Positions 1 through 13,595 of a stretch of 64,000 bases of DNA are shown one piece after another. The translations under genes were made by a program, and so were the position numbers. Each line of letters begins with the position of its first letter. The stretch's first letter is position 1. The stretch lies in the NCBI GenBank assembly GCA_964016885.1, contig OZ024751.1, positions 40,920,001 through 40,984,000 of the forward strand, read 5' to 3'. The DNA comes from Eledone cirrhosa (Eukaryota). The notes below the pieces were generated by a model. That model worked only from the letters and a program-made list of their open reading frames with translations, searched no databases and was not told the DNA's origin.

Positions 1-138
1 AACATACGTAATACATTCCGCCATCTTAAGCCCCATATATAACATACGTAATACATTCCGCCATCTTAAGCCCCATATCTAACATACGTAATATATTCCG
101 CCATCTTAAGCCCCATATCTAACATACGTAATACATTC
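1..138. repeat. 40-bp tandem repeat, truncated at window start
   Basis: AACATACGTAATACATTCCGCCATCTTAAGCCCCATATMT starts at 1, 41, 81 and partially 121. Confidence 0.95.
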
Positions 139-454
139 CTTCGAGCTGAATTTCAACCTTCTATGTGAGTATCCACGTCATATAATTATGTAAAAGTAAA
201 AGAAAAAAATTGATTTGCTCAGCCAAATAATTTATGAACAAAAAATATTCTGTAAATAATGTGCCAGCCTATAAAACAGAAAGTTACAGTGTGTCTGTCT
301 ATCTTCACACGAGAAATTATCAATGTTGATATTTTCTCGCGTGTTGATAGTTAAGCTCAACACTTAAAACTTAATTATTCTTGTTCAAGTGAATGTCCTG
401 TTTATTCGTATTTGGTATATATGGTATATATAGTAATTCTATTTGTATATAGTA

Positions 455-527
<73 letters not shown>

Positions 528-924
528 TATATTTGATATATATAGATATAGTATTCGGTATACATAGGAATGTATTTCGGGTATATAGTAATATAATATA
601 GTAATTTTATATATAGTTCATATATATTTGTATATATTTGGAATATGGATTATATAATTTTATGAACAACGACACGTGACACTACTCATAAAATTAATAG
701 TTATATCAACGAGAAAAACAGGAAAACAAAAATCAATTTGATCAGCAAAGATTAGGTTTTACCGTTTCTGCACATTGCGTTAGCGTCCTCACAGGAACGT
801 ATCGATATTGATATCGAAGAATATTTTTGCTGTGAGTTGATGAAATTGTTTGATTACTCCACGGGAAAGTATCAATATCCATAAAATTAATATTTTTATC
901 AACGATAAAATTGAGGGGAAACAA

Positions 925-1145
925 AATTGAATTTGTTCAAGAAAAAAAATTAAGTATGGCTCTTTCTGCGTTTTGTTACGTGTTACGAGTTACCACCTGC
1001 GGCTTCCATGTATTTGCTACCATCTGGCATATACGATAGTCGACTGGAAGCTTAATAGGCTGGTGGAGATACTCTCATGGAATCAGAAAATAAAGTTTAT
1101 TTTTCAACATTGTCCCCGGAAAGAAACATATTTACTAATGATTTC
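925..1145 (-). mobile_element. Partial copy of mariner-like MITE family, inverted relative to the 41.3-41.9 kb copy
   Basis: AATTAAGTATGG..TTTCTGCGTTTTGTTACGTGTTAC and ATACTCTCATGGAAT..TTTATTTTTCAACAT are reverse-complement matches to 41690-41885. Confidence 0.6.
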
Positions 1146-1724
1146 AACATTATGATTATATATAGTTATGTGTGTGTAAAAATTGATAATTTTAATAAAT
1201 CTCTCAAAATTCTTCATCAACTAATTAAAACAGAGTGTATTGACATTGGATATTCAGTGACAAAAGGGTTAAATATGATGTATCTTTTCAGATAAAGTCT
1301 AATAGACTAATACTCCAGGAAGATATACTTCGTATGTGTACGAGTATACAGTGTGTATACAATGTAGAAATAAGCAACCGTTTTAAAGTACTATTTAAGT
1401 CCTGGGAGTCGATATAATCGACTTACCTCTCCCCCACCTACCGAAATTTGCTGGCCTTATGTAAGTGTTAGAAAGAATTATATTAACATACTTTAAGCTA
1501 TTCACGTTTGTCTGCTGTGGCATTTCAAACTGATTTTCGTCAAGTACACATTTCACTGACTTTCCTTGACTTAATTATTATTGAACATGTGTTTTTACAA
1601 AGTCCTTTGTTTGACATTTCCCATACTACTAGAGTTTATTCAATACAATCGTCTGTTTATCTCGAAATTCCACATCAGCTAACTCAAACAACTTTGCTGT
1701 AAATATGTACTATTTGTATATATG

Positions 1725-2002
<278 letters not shown>

Positions 2003-2374
2003 CAGCCTCTTTAAGCGTGGGCTGCATCATTGTAAATTCAAAATTATTCAGTTTGCCGTTGTTATCATAATAAATGGTGAATCACAGCGACTACATTTAT
2101 ATGTCAAAATCTCGTGATTTAAAGATAATGTTTCACTTTATATAATTTCACTAAACACATGTGATATGACGAAACCTACACTATCCACTGGACTGTTGCA
2201 TTTCTCAGAGATAATCATGTTAATGAGAGAATATTGTGGATTAGAAGAAGACATCTTGTGTTGATCCAAGCCCGAGACCGGGTTTTCTAACGTCGTCATT
2301 TTACTATATATTACTGATGTCCATTAGACCAAAGTCGATACGTTGACACTTGGTGCAGAGTGTAGTCATAGCCA

Positions 2375-3525
2375 TAATCAACAGCTAATTAAGATATAAC
2401 CAGCAATAATAATAGCTCATTAATTAAGATATAATAGGCAGTATCGGTAGAGGGTCGGATGCCATGCTTTGACGCATAGAGTTACGGCCCTTGCCATTCT
2501 GAGTTCAAATCCCGCCGAGGTTAACTTTGCCTTGCATCCTTACGGGGTCGATAAAATAAAGTACCAGTAATGCACTGAGTAATTGCTTCCCCTGTGCCAA
2601 AAGTAGAAACAATTAATTAAGATATAACCATGAATAACAACTACTTAATATATAACTATCAATAACAGCTAATTAAGATGTAACCATCAATAATAACTTA
2701 TTAAGATATAACCATCAACAACAGCTAATTAATTAAGTTATAACCATCAATAATAACTAATTGATATATAACCAGCAATAACAACTAATTAAGATATAAC
2801 CATCAATAATAACTAATTAATATATAACCATCAATTATAATTAATTAATATATAACCAGCCAAAACAGCTAATTAAGATATAACCATCAATTATAATTAA
2901 TTAATATATAACCAGCAAAAACAGCTAATTAAGATATAACCATCAATAATAACTAATTAATATATAACCAGCAATAACAGCTAATTAAGATATAACCATC
3001 AATAATAACTAATTAATATATAACCATCAATAATAACTAATTAATATATAACCAGCAATAACAACTAATTAATATATAACCATCAATAACAACTAATTAA
3101 GATATAACCATCAATAATAACTAATTAATATATAACCAGCAATAACAACTAATTAATATATAACTATCAATAACAACTAATTAAGATATAACCATCAATA
3201 ATAACTAATTAATATATAACCAGCAATAACAACTAATTAAGATATAACTATCAATAATAACTAATTAATATATAACCAGCAATAACAGCTAATTAAGATA
3301 TAACCATCAATAATAACTAATTAATATATAACCAGAAATAACAGATAATTAAGATATAACTATCAATAATAACTAATTAATATATAACCAGCAATAACAA
3401 CTAATTAAGATATAACTATCAATAATAACTAATTAATATATAACCCGCAAAAACAGCTAATTAAGATATAACTATCAATAATTACTTATTTAATTAAGCT
3501 AAAGACATCAATAACAACTAATTAA
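2375..3525. repeat. 28-bp AT-rich minisatellite interrupted by a SINE
   Basis: unit TAATTAAKATATAACCAKCAATAAYAAC, period 28 (e.g. 2795 and 2823); about 2 units before and about 32 after the SINE. Confidence 0.95.
2437..2612 (+). mobile_element. tRNA-derived SINE family A
   Basis: head GGCAGTATCGGTAGAG, B-box GAGTTCAAATCC, body GCCTT.CATCCTTACGGGGTCGATAAAATAAAGTACCAG, tail AAAGTAGAAACAATT; more than 15 related copies in the window. Confidence 0.85.
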
Positions 3526-3611
3526 AATCGGGGAAACGACAAGGAAACCATAACAACCTGCTAAAATTAAAACATGTTTGTTTCATAACTAGAAATGACA
3601 CCGTAAGTTGT

Positions 3612-3612
3612 T

Positions 3613-3667
<55 letters not shown>

Positions 3668-3911
3668 TCAAGACAACAATAATAACAACAGCAACACATC
3701 GAGACAACAACAACAATAACAACAGCAACATATCAAGACAATAACAGCAACAACACCAAGACAGCATTAACAACAATAACAACAACAACAACGATGAGAG
3801 AATAACTACAACAACGACAACAACGAAAGATTAACAACAGCAATGATAACAACAACAAACAGTAACAACATCAAGAGAACAACGACGACGATGCCGCTGC
3901 TGTTGTTGATG

Positions 3912-3948
<37 letters not shown>

Positions 3949-3960
3949 TAATAATAATAA
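3612..3960. repeat. (AAC)n/(AAT)n microsatellite
   Basis: direct reading. Confidence 0.95.
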
Positions 3961-4450
3961 TCGGTGAGAAGACAAACAAGACACTTCCAATAAACAAGAA
4001 ACCTAATGAAAAATATTTGTAAGTTGTAATAGGATGAATCGGCCATGTTTTATTAGTTCATTTGGCTTGCGGCCATGCAAATGTTAATATAGAATCGCTG
4101 TCTATTTGTCAATGAATGAAGCGATACTTTTGTTCTAGCTGCAAGCTTGACCACTTTGTCTGTTGATATATGCGTGCTTGTAACAGAATCAGCGATAACA
4201 TAACATTTCAGAAAATTACAAATGTTTCAGACGTAAAAATACATTTTCTTTCCTCTAATAACATTTAAGCAGTTGATGTGTTTGAATTTGAACAAGATTT
4301 CTATTTTTATCAAATTTACACAAGATTATAAAATCAGCGCTTATCACAGTTTCCAAACACTCTGCTAGAAATAGGAGTCAAATCTTTCTCAAATCCCAAT
4401 GCCTTGAAAAGGACACAAATTCCGTGCTTCATAATGTTGTTGTTGTTGTT

Positions 4451-4618
4451 ACAGCTCACACTTATGCAGGTTTAGCTGAACTCCTCCAAGGTATATCTCG
4501 TTGCAGGTGTCTTGGGTGATTTAATGATAGGGACCCCAGTCCTATCATCTCATTTCTACAGCTGAGTAAACTGAAGCAACGTGAAATAAAGTGTCTTGCT
4601 CAATGAAACAACACATCG
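4451..4618 (-). mobile_element. SINE family B (CORE-like), 3' part
   Basis: reverse complement of ~34135-34300, including TTGAGCAAGACACTTTATTTCACGTTGCT.CAGTTTACTCAG. Confidence 0.8.
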
Positions 4619-4668
4619 ATTCTTCCTTTATATATCTTTTTCGCTTTTTATCTTTATCGCCCCCCCCT

Positions 4669-4737
<69 letters not shown>

Positions 4738-4758
4738 ATCTATCTCCCTCTCTCCTTT

Positions 4759-4950
4759 GTGAGAAATCGGTTTGTGTTCAGACTCGGAGATGGGATGGGC
4801 TCTGTCAGGTTTAAAATGCTCAAGAAACGCCAGATGCCACGACAGCACCGTTACCACTCCTTTAGAAGTTATTGGACCATATCTACACAATATTGAGATA
4901 ATACCACTATTCAGTTATGTTGGTTGTTGTAATCTAACAGGATCTCACAG
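4759..4950. mobile_element. Putative small MITE-like repeat, related copy at ~12185-12260
   Basis: GTGAGAAATC..TTGTGTTCAGA..GATGGG..GTCAGGTTT shared with 12190 onward; right end TAACAGGATCTCACAG is roughly complementary to the left end. Confidence 0.4.
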
Positions 4951-5494
4951 TTAAATATACACGCCTTTTATTTTGCAATAAGCAGAAAAATACATCCCCG
5001 CCACAGAAATAAAAATTTACATAATTTAATATATATTTAATTAGAAAGTGAACAACACAAAATATAACTACTCCATTACCAAAGGTTTCTGGATCTCCTT
5101 AATATAATTTGTAAACAACAAGCAGGAAGAAAAGAAAAGAGAAAAGGAAAAAGGAGCATTATATATAAAAAGGGAAGAAGAAAAAGAAAAGGCAAGCTTT
5201 ATCGTATATTTGTTTGAATGTGTAACTCTGTCGCACCTAATAAACAAGATGGCTGCTTCTTTAAGTGAGATGCACTCCTTCTGAGGGTATTGCGTGCAGT
5301 ATTTTGTATAAACATGGAAGTAAGTCAGATTGATAAATAGGTGCAGTCGTAGCTGTGCGGGTAAAGAGTTTATTTTGTAACCATTTGGTTTCGAGTTCAG
5401 TCCAACTATGTTTCACATTAGAAAAGTATCTTCTCTTTATCCTCAAGTTGACTGAGGCCTTGTCAGGGAAATTAGGGTAGATGGAATCTTTTAG

Positions 5495-5544
<50 letters not shown>

Positions 5545-5730
5545 TAAACGGAATAGAAAATGCTGACAAATTGTTCACAGTGAAAAATAGTTTAATTAGG
5601 AATAAGTGAGAATTAGTAATTGTATTGGTTAGTATTCAGTTTTGGTTTTAAGTTTTACCGGTTGCGCATTTCTAATGCTTTTCAAAAATAATTTTGAGAT
5701 AGAGCGTCCGTGATGTTTGCTCTGATCTAT

Positions 5731-6401
5731 ATATATATAATAAATGAAGAATTAGAAATAGAAGCCAGGAATATCCGTCATCAGTGGTCTACTAGCCATC
5801 ATAGGTATTTCTTCGCATTACAGACCAGATACCTCAAGCTAGAGCGATACAATAACTAAATTAAGTTATTGGGATAAAAAGAGTTTGGTGAAGAAAGAGA
5901 GACAGGTAAACAAACACAAATGGTGAGGCAACGTAAAGAGAGGAACAAATGAGAAAATCAAGTCAATAATTCATTTTGAACATAAGAACTTGCGAATATT
6001 GACGAGAAGGCAAAGACACATCTTGGCCGTGCGGATGTGAGCGAGGAAATAATCTCGTACGGTGTGGGACGATGGAGGAAGTGAGAGAGAGAGGGTGAGT
6101 AGCAGAGAGTGAGTGAGTGAAAGTGTGAGGAAGAGGCTAGCTGAGAGAGGGTGACTAGCAGAGGGGTGAGTGAAAGTAAGAGGGAGAAGGAGAGAGAAGG
6201 AGGAGAGAGAAAGAGGATAGCAGTAAGGGAATAGAAAAAGACAGGTCACAGTGAAGGGGAAAGCATATATGAATGAAAAATGGCGAGCTGTGTTGTTGCA
6301 AATATGATATATATAATAAATGAAGAATTAGAAATAGAAGCCAGGAATATCCGTCATCAGTGGTCTACTAGCCATCATAGGTATTTCTTCGCATTACAGA
6401 C
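5731..6401. repeat. Identical ~95-bp direct repeats (5731-5825 and 6307-6401) around a purine-rich spacer
   Basis: ATAATAAATGAAGAATTAG...TTCGCATTACAGAC occurs twice. Confidence 0.9.
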
Positions 6402-6455
<54 letters not shown>

Positions 6456-6458
6456 ATG

Positions 6459-6510
<52 letters not shown>

Positions 6511-6511
6511 T

Positions 6512-6850
6512 GTGGAGGCGCATGGCTTGGTGGTTAGAGCATTGGGCTTTGAGAAGTTGTGAGTTCGATTCTCGGGACCGGGTGATGTGTTGTGTCCTCG
6601 AGGAAGACACTTTATTTGACGTTGCTCCAGTTTACTCAGCTGTACAAATGAGTTGCGGGGGGTCACCGGTGCCAAGCTGTATCAGTCATAGCCTTTCCCC
6701 TGGACAACATCAGTGGCGCGGAGAGGGGAGACTGGTATACATGGGCGACTGCTGGTCTTCCACAAAACAAACGTTGCCCAGGCTTGTGCCTCGGAGGGAA
6801 ACTTTCTAGGTACAAAACTATGGCCATTCGTGACCGAGTGGGGCCCAATA
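6512..6850 (+). mobile_element. SINE family B (tRNA head + CORE-like body), tail type 1
   Basis: A-box TGGCTTGGTGG, B-box GTTCGATTC, body GTGTCCTCGAGGAAGACACTTTATTT. Confidence 0.8.
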
Positions 6851-7309
6851 TATACATATATTATTGTATATGATTAGAAGTTGAAATGCGTATAAAGTGT
6901 TAAAAGTTAATCATAGGCTTGCTTAATCAAAAGAAGCCTGGGACTAAACAACAACAAAGAAGAAGTAGAACAACAACAACAGTTAATGAGCCAACAATGA
7001 TGCAATATGAGCCAAACAACAAACACTGAAGGAAACATTGAGAGGAAAAGAACTATTGTGATTATAATAGAAACGAATGTCTTCACGGTGGTTGACATGT
7101 CAATAAGGAAGTACAGTTTGCATAAACAACATCTCTTGTGATCTCAACAATATCTTTAAAATAGATTAATAGTAAAATCAGAAGAAAATTGTGAGTCATT
7201 CTTGAATAACAGAGAAATCATTTTTGATAAAGGCATTGTCCTTCTGTGGAGAAGATTGTTGACTTTAGTCGTATGTGGTTTGTTTATATTCTCTCACAAC
7301 TACTGGCCT

Positions 7310-8681
7310 GTGGTGGTGGTGGTGTTAGTGTTGGTGATGGTGGTAGTGTTGTTGTTGGTGGTGGTGATGTTGGTGGTGGTGATGGTGGTAGTGTTGTTGG
7401 TGGTGGTGGTGATGTTAGTGTTGTAGTTGGTGGTAGTGTTGTTGTTGGTGGTGGTGGTGTTAGTGTTGTAGTTGGTGGTGGTGGTGTTAGTGTTGTAGTT
7501 GGTGGTAGTGTTGTTGTTGGTGGTGGTGATGTTAGTGTTGTAGTTGGTGGTAGTGTTGTTGTTGGTGGTGGTGATGTTAGTGTTGTAGTTGGTGGTAGTG
7601 TTGTTGGTGGTGGTGTTAGTGTTGGTGATGGTGGTAGTGTTGTTGGTGGTGGAGGTGATGTTAGTGTTGGTGATGGTGGTAGTGTTGTTGGTGGTGGTGG
7701 TGATGTTAGTGTTGTAGTTGGTGGTAGTGTTGTTGTTGATGGTGGTGGTGTTAGTGTTGTAGTTGGTGGTAGTGTTGTTGTTGTTGGTGGTGATGTTAGT
7801 GTTGTAGTTGGTGGTAGTGTTGTTGGTGGTGGTAGTGTTGTTGGTGGTGGTGGTGGTGTTAGTGTTGTAGTTGGTGGTAGTGTTGTTGTTGGTGGTGGTG
7901 GTGTTAGTGTTGTAGTTGGTGGTAGTGTTGTTGTTGGTGGTGGTGGTGGTAGTGTTGTAGTTGGTGGTAGTGTTGTTGGTGGTGGTGGTGATGTTAGTGT
8001 TGTAGTTGGTGGTAGTGTTGTTGTTGGTGGTGGTGGTGGTTGTGGTGGTGATGGTGGTAGTGTTGTTGGTGGTGGTTGTGGTGGTGATGGTGGTAGTGTT
8101 GTTGGTGGTGATGTTAGTGTTGTAGTTGGTGGTAGTGTTGTTGGTGGTGGTGGTGGTGTTAGTGTTGTAGTTGGTGGTAGTGTTGTTGTTGATGGTGGTG
8201 GTGTTAGTGTTGTAGTTGGTGGTAGTGTTGTTGGTGGTGGTAGTGTTGTTGTTGATGGTGGTGATGTTAGTGTTGTTGATGGTGGTAGTGTTGTTGTTGG
8301 TGGTGGTGATGTTAGTGTTGGTGATGATGTTAGTGTTGTTGTTGGTGGTGGTGTTGGTTAGTGTTGTTGTTGGGTGGTAGGTGGGTTGTTGGTGGTGGGT
8401 GAGTGTTGTGTTGGTGATGATGTTAGTGTTGTTGTTTGGTGGTGGTGATGTTAGTGTGTAGTTGGTGGGTGTGTGTTGTTGTGTGTGTGGGGGGTGTGTT
8501 TGTGTTGTAGTTGGTGGTGTGTTGTGGGTGGTGGGTGGTGTTGTGTGGGGGTATGGTGGTGTTGTTGTGTGGTGGTTGGTGGGTGTGGTGGTGTTGGTTG
8601 GTGGGTGGGGGGTGGTTGGGGTGGTGGTGGTGGGTGTTGTGTGTTGTTGTGGTGGTGTGGTGGTAGGTGGTGGGGGTCGTG

Positions 8682-8713
<32 letters not shown>

Positions 8714-8890
8714 GTTGTTGTTGGGGGTGTGGTGGGTGGTGGTGGTGGGTGTTGTTGGTGTGTTGTTGGTGGTAGTGGTGGTGGTCGTGTGTTGTTGTTG
8801 TTGTTGTGGGTGGTGGGGGTGTGGGGTGGTGGTGGTGGTGGTGGTGGTGGGTGGTGGTGGTGTTGGTGGTGGTGGTGGTGGTGGTGGTGG

Positions 8891-8948
<58 letters not shown>

Positions 8949-9130
8949 GGTGGTGGTGGTGATGTTAGTGTTGTAGTTGGTGGTAGTGTTGTAGTTGGTG
9001 GTAGTGTTGTTGTTGGTGGTGGTGATGTTAGTGTTGTTGATGGTGGTAGTGTTGTTGTTGTTGGTGGTGGTGGTGTTGGTGGTGGTGGTGGTGTTGTTGT
9101 TGTTGTTGTTGTTGGTGGTAGTGGTGGTCG

Positions 9131-9161
<31 letters not shown>

Positions 9162-9249
9162 GGTGTTGTTGTTGGTGGTGTTGGTGGTGGTGGTGGTGGT
9201 GTTGTTGTTGTTGTTGTTGGTGGTAGTGGTGGTGGTCGTGTTGTTGTTG

Positions 9250-9281
<32 letters not shown>

Positions 9282-9328
9282 GGTGGTGTTGGTGGTGTTG
9301 GTGGTGGTGGTGGTGGTGGTGGTGGTGG

Positions 9329-9383
<55 letters not shown>

Positions 9384-9438
9384 GGTGGTGGTGGTGGTGG
9401 TGGTGGTGGTGGTGGTGGTGGTGGTGTTGTTGTTGTAG

Positions 9439-9470
<32 letters not shown>

Positions 9471-9750
9471 GTTAGTGTTGTAGTTGGTGGTAGTGTTGTT
9501 GGTGGTGGTGGTGGTGTTGTTGTTGTTGGTGGTGTAGTGTTGTTGGTGGTGGTGGTGTAGTGTTGGTGGTGGTGGTAGTGGTGTAGTGTTGGTGGTGGTG
9601 GTGGTGGTGTAGTGTTGGTGGTGTAGTGTTGGTGGTGGTAGTGTTGGTGGTGTAGTGTTGGTGGTGGTGGTGGTGGTGGTGTTGTTGTTGGTGGTGGAGG
9701 TGGTGGTGGTGGTGGTGGTGTTAGTGGTGTTGGTGTTGGTGGTGGGGTGG
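7310..9750. repeat. Cryptic (GGT/GTT/AGT/GAT)n trinucleotide array
   Basis: recurring GTTAGTGTTGTAGTTGGTGGTAGT module; source of the G/V and P/T ORFs. Confidence 0.95.
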
Positions 9751-9804
9751 GAGCGATCATATCGATAAAGATATATTAACAGATAATAATAATATCTTTG
9801 TTTA

Positions 9805-10285
9805 ATAATAATAACTATTTCAACATTTGGCCGAAGACCAGAAATTTCAAGAGGAGAAAATCAATTATATCGATCCCAGTACTTGATTGGTACTTTATTT
9901 TATCGATCCCGGAGGGATGAAAGGCAAAGCTAACCTTGGTGGTATTTGAACACAGAACTTAGAGGGATGTAACTATATGCCCCAAAGCATGGCGTCCGAC
10001 GCTCTACCGATTACTGCCAATCCACAACCTTTTTTTTTATTTAATAATAATAATTGTTTCAACATTTTTTCCAAGATCAGCAATTTGAAGGAAGAGGAGA
10101 AATATTGATTATATCGATCCCAGTTCTTTATTGATACTTTATTTTATCGATCCCTGTAAGGATGAGAGACAAAGTTGACCTCGGCGGGATTTGAACTCAG
10201 AACTCAGAATATAAAGAGCAGGAACAAATGCCGCAGAGAATTTTATCTGTCGCTCTAACGATTTTGTTTGTCAACTCACCGCCCT
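9805..10285 (-). mobile_element. Two tandem SINE A copies
   Basis: GTACTTTATTTTATCGATCCC..GGATGA.AG.CAAAG..ACCT.GG.GG.ATTTGAAC twice. Confidence 0.85.
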
Positions 10286-11301
10286 GCATATGTACAGGAA
10301 TGTGATTGACAAACTATGCTATCGATATATGAGTCAATATAAAGAATATCTACAGCAATAGAATCCGAACTATTGACCCTTGTATAACCAGAACAATACA
10401 GGAACGACTGGAATAACTACAATATAGAAATCAATGTAAACGTAGCGACTGCATTGTTGTGTAAAATTAATAGCAAGGTAACAAAATCTTATAAACTCAT
10501 ATAGATTACATTAAATGCACCTTTTGTTCATTTTGGAACATAACTGCAGAGTATACTTGTTTGAAGTGAGATATTATACCAGTATTATTATATTATACAA
10601 CATGTTAATATGCATATTATACCAAAGTGCTTCGTGTATCTTAATTCTCTGTTGCCGAGCGCTTTTTATAGCGACTGAGATGCAATATAAATTCTACCTT
10701 GACTATATAAAGGTGTTATAATAGTGATACCATGTCTCTTTTATCTTTGTCTCGTTTTGTTTGATGCCTGATGGTCGTTCTATAGATTTCTGTTTATTGC
10801 TATATACAATGACGTCAATTCTTTATTTATTTCGTCCGACATAAAAAATTTATATCTGTTTAAACATATCTCTGTATTAGTAATGTACCCGCTCAGTAGT
10901 AACAGACTGTTTTTACGTTGAAATAAATTATACATTCCTTTATGATTTCAGTAAAAGGGCCAAAGATCATTTTCTTTTCATTTTAAAAAAAAAAAGATTT
11001 TTCGTATTACAAACATTGGTTTTGAATATGAAATAATTTTTCTTTATATCCTAATACATAAAATCATATATCTATGCAGGAAGAAACACAGGCAACTATA
11101 TATACATTAAAATTAATATTTTTGAATTTTATATTTCATATGTTTTCCTCTTTACAAATACATTCATTATATCCATTTCTCTATTTGTCTACCTCCCCAC
11201 CTCCCTACCTATATATCTGTCTATCTACCTACCTATATATCTACCTATTTATCTACATATCTATCTACATATCTACCTGCCTATCAATCTATCTACCCCC
11301 C

Positions 11302-11387
<86 letters not shown>

Positions 11388-11590
11388 AATAGATAAAAAA
11401 AACACATAACAATTATTGGCTTTCAATTCGGTAATAAAATATTTTATTTTCTATTCATCGATTTATGTTTAGTGTTTATACATATACATATACATACATG
11501 CTAATATACACATTCATGAATACACACGTATGTATGTTCATACATACAAAACTATATATATATGTGTGTGTATGTAGTTATGTATTAATG

Positions 11591-11641
<51 letters not shown>

Positions 11642-12719
11642 AGCTTTCCCACAAAGGCTTATATATGCCCACATTTACATACCTACACACACACACATAT
11701 ATAATTATGTACATACATAAAGATGCTATTAGTGTTATTGATTATAGATACATGATTATATACAAAAGTATAGATTGCTGCTTGTCTAGGTATGTGTGTC
11801 TGTTTAGGTTGAACACATAACTAATTATCATTCTCACCTGGTTAGTTGTATTTGTCAATAACGATAAAGAATACGTAAAATTTAAATTTACACACAAAAA
11901 AAGGGAAAAATAAACATGTTTTTAATATAAAGAATGATATACTCATGCGCGGAGATGCTATAATATAGCTTATAAAATAGAACTAAGACCCTTAAAGACG
12001 GAATAAGAAGGTGCCATTGGCCACTATAAGAACTCGAACCCCATATTTTCCAGGTACTGGCGCTGGAAACCATTTTTTTCTTTTCGAAAATGTAGAAAAT
12101 CTCAAACGCAGAAAGTACTGATTGCGAAGTGGCAGAATCTTAAAAACGTGGAATAGAATGCTTTATTGTATTCGTTTCTGTTCTCTGCTCTGTGAGAAAT
12201 CTGTTGTGTTCAGATATGAAGATGGGGGCCCGTCAGGTTTTAAATTGTCCCAAGACATGCTCCTACATACCAATAGTCGATATATCCAACAGTCCAGCAA
12301 ACATTATTTGTTTTTAATACGAGGTTATCTTTGATAGGATTTAGTTACCATTTGTAGCAGGTTGAGCAACGGCATAAAATCTCTCTTGCTGGTATTGTTG
12401 TTGTTGTTGTTGTGGTTTAGTCCCAGGTTAACTCATATTAAGCAGACTATAATCAGCGATATCCTATGTTCCTCTCATTTTATGTTGTTTGGGATTTGAC
12501 TAAAATTTGACTGATATGTTTAGCAGATAGAGCGACCACGTAAAAGTCTTCTTCATTAACACGGGAGGGCAATTTGACCCTCTCACCTTTATAGTAGGTA
12601 GGAGCACTATATAACAGATGAATGCTTCAGGCGTAATTAGTAGCGTTTTTAGAACTTATAACTATGTAAATTGTCGCATATTGAATAATGTAGATAATGA
12701 AACAACCTGGTAATGATAG

Positions 12720-12947
12720 TAGAGATAAATAGAGCGCTAGAGAGAGGGAGAGTGAGAGTGAAAGAGGGAGAGAGAGAGGGTCAGAGAGAGGGTCAGAGAA
12801 AGAGGGGGAGTGAGAGAGAGAGAGGGAGAGTTAGACAGAGAAAGAGTCAGAGAAACAGAGAGTGAGAGAGAGAGTGAAGGGAAGAAAGAGAGAGAAGGGG
12901 AAAGAGAGAAAGCGATAAAGAGAGAGAGAGAGAGAGGGAGAGAGAGG

Positions 12948-13030
<83 letters not shown>
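12720..13030. repeat. (GA)n purine tract
   Basis: direct reading. Confidence 0.95.
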
Positions 13031-13032
<2 letters not shown>

Positions 13033-13384
13033 ATATACATTTTTATCTCTGTCTATTATGGCCCCTTTTATCTAGTCCCATATTTTCATGTCCGCCTGTC
13101 TTTGATGTTTCCGTTGCCCTTAATTTAGAAGTTGAAGAGGAGAGAGTATGAAACGTTATGACTTTTCTTTTGGATATTTGGAATCCATTTGAAGTCATTG
13201 TTGTAGCTTAGTTAGAGTGGTAGAGAAAAGTGGTCCTATTGTTCTAAGTAGGAACCCCACACCATGACACGAAGGACATTTTATTTTATATTATTTTATG
13301 TTATTTTGTAGGAAAGAAAGAATGAGATTAGCAACGTTAAATAAACGGAGTGAGTTTGGGGTAACTGTTTGTGTGTGTTGATAA

Positions 13385-13595
13385 AATGATTATTTCTACT
13401 TTAGGTACAGGGCCAACAATTTTTGGAGAGGGGAAAGTCGGTTAAATTGACCCCAGTACATTACTGGTACTTTATTTTATTGACCCCGTAAGGATGAAAG
13501 GCAAAGTTAACCCAGGCGGGATTTGAACTCGGAGCGTAAAGAGCCGTAACTTTATGCCGCAAAGCATATTGTCCGACACTCTACCAGTTCTGCCA
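13385..13595 (-). mobile_element. SINE A
   Basis: ACTGGTACTTTATTTTATTGACCCCGTAAGGATGAAAGGCAAAGTTAACC. Confidence 0.85.

Noticed and set aside
5380-5500. Possible PLE GIY-YIG C-terminus in ORF 5261-5578
   Set aside because: Resemblance too weak to support by eye
6512-6590. tRNA gene
   Set aside because: A/B boxes belong to a multi-copy SINE head followed by a SINE body; no complete cloverleaf
7246-9760. 371-aa G/V/S and 445-aa P/T ORFs resembling structural or mucin proteins
   Set aside because: Trinucleotide array open in several frames on both strands; no supportable gene structure
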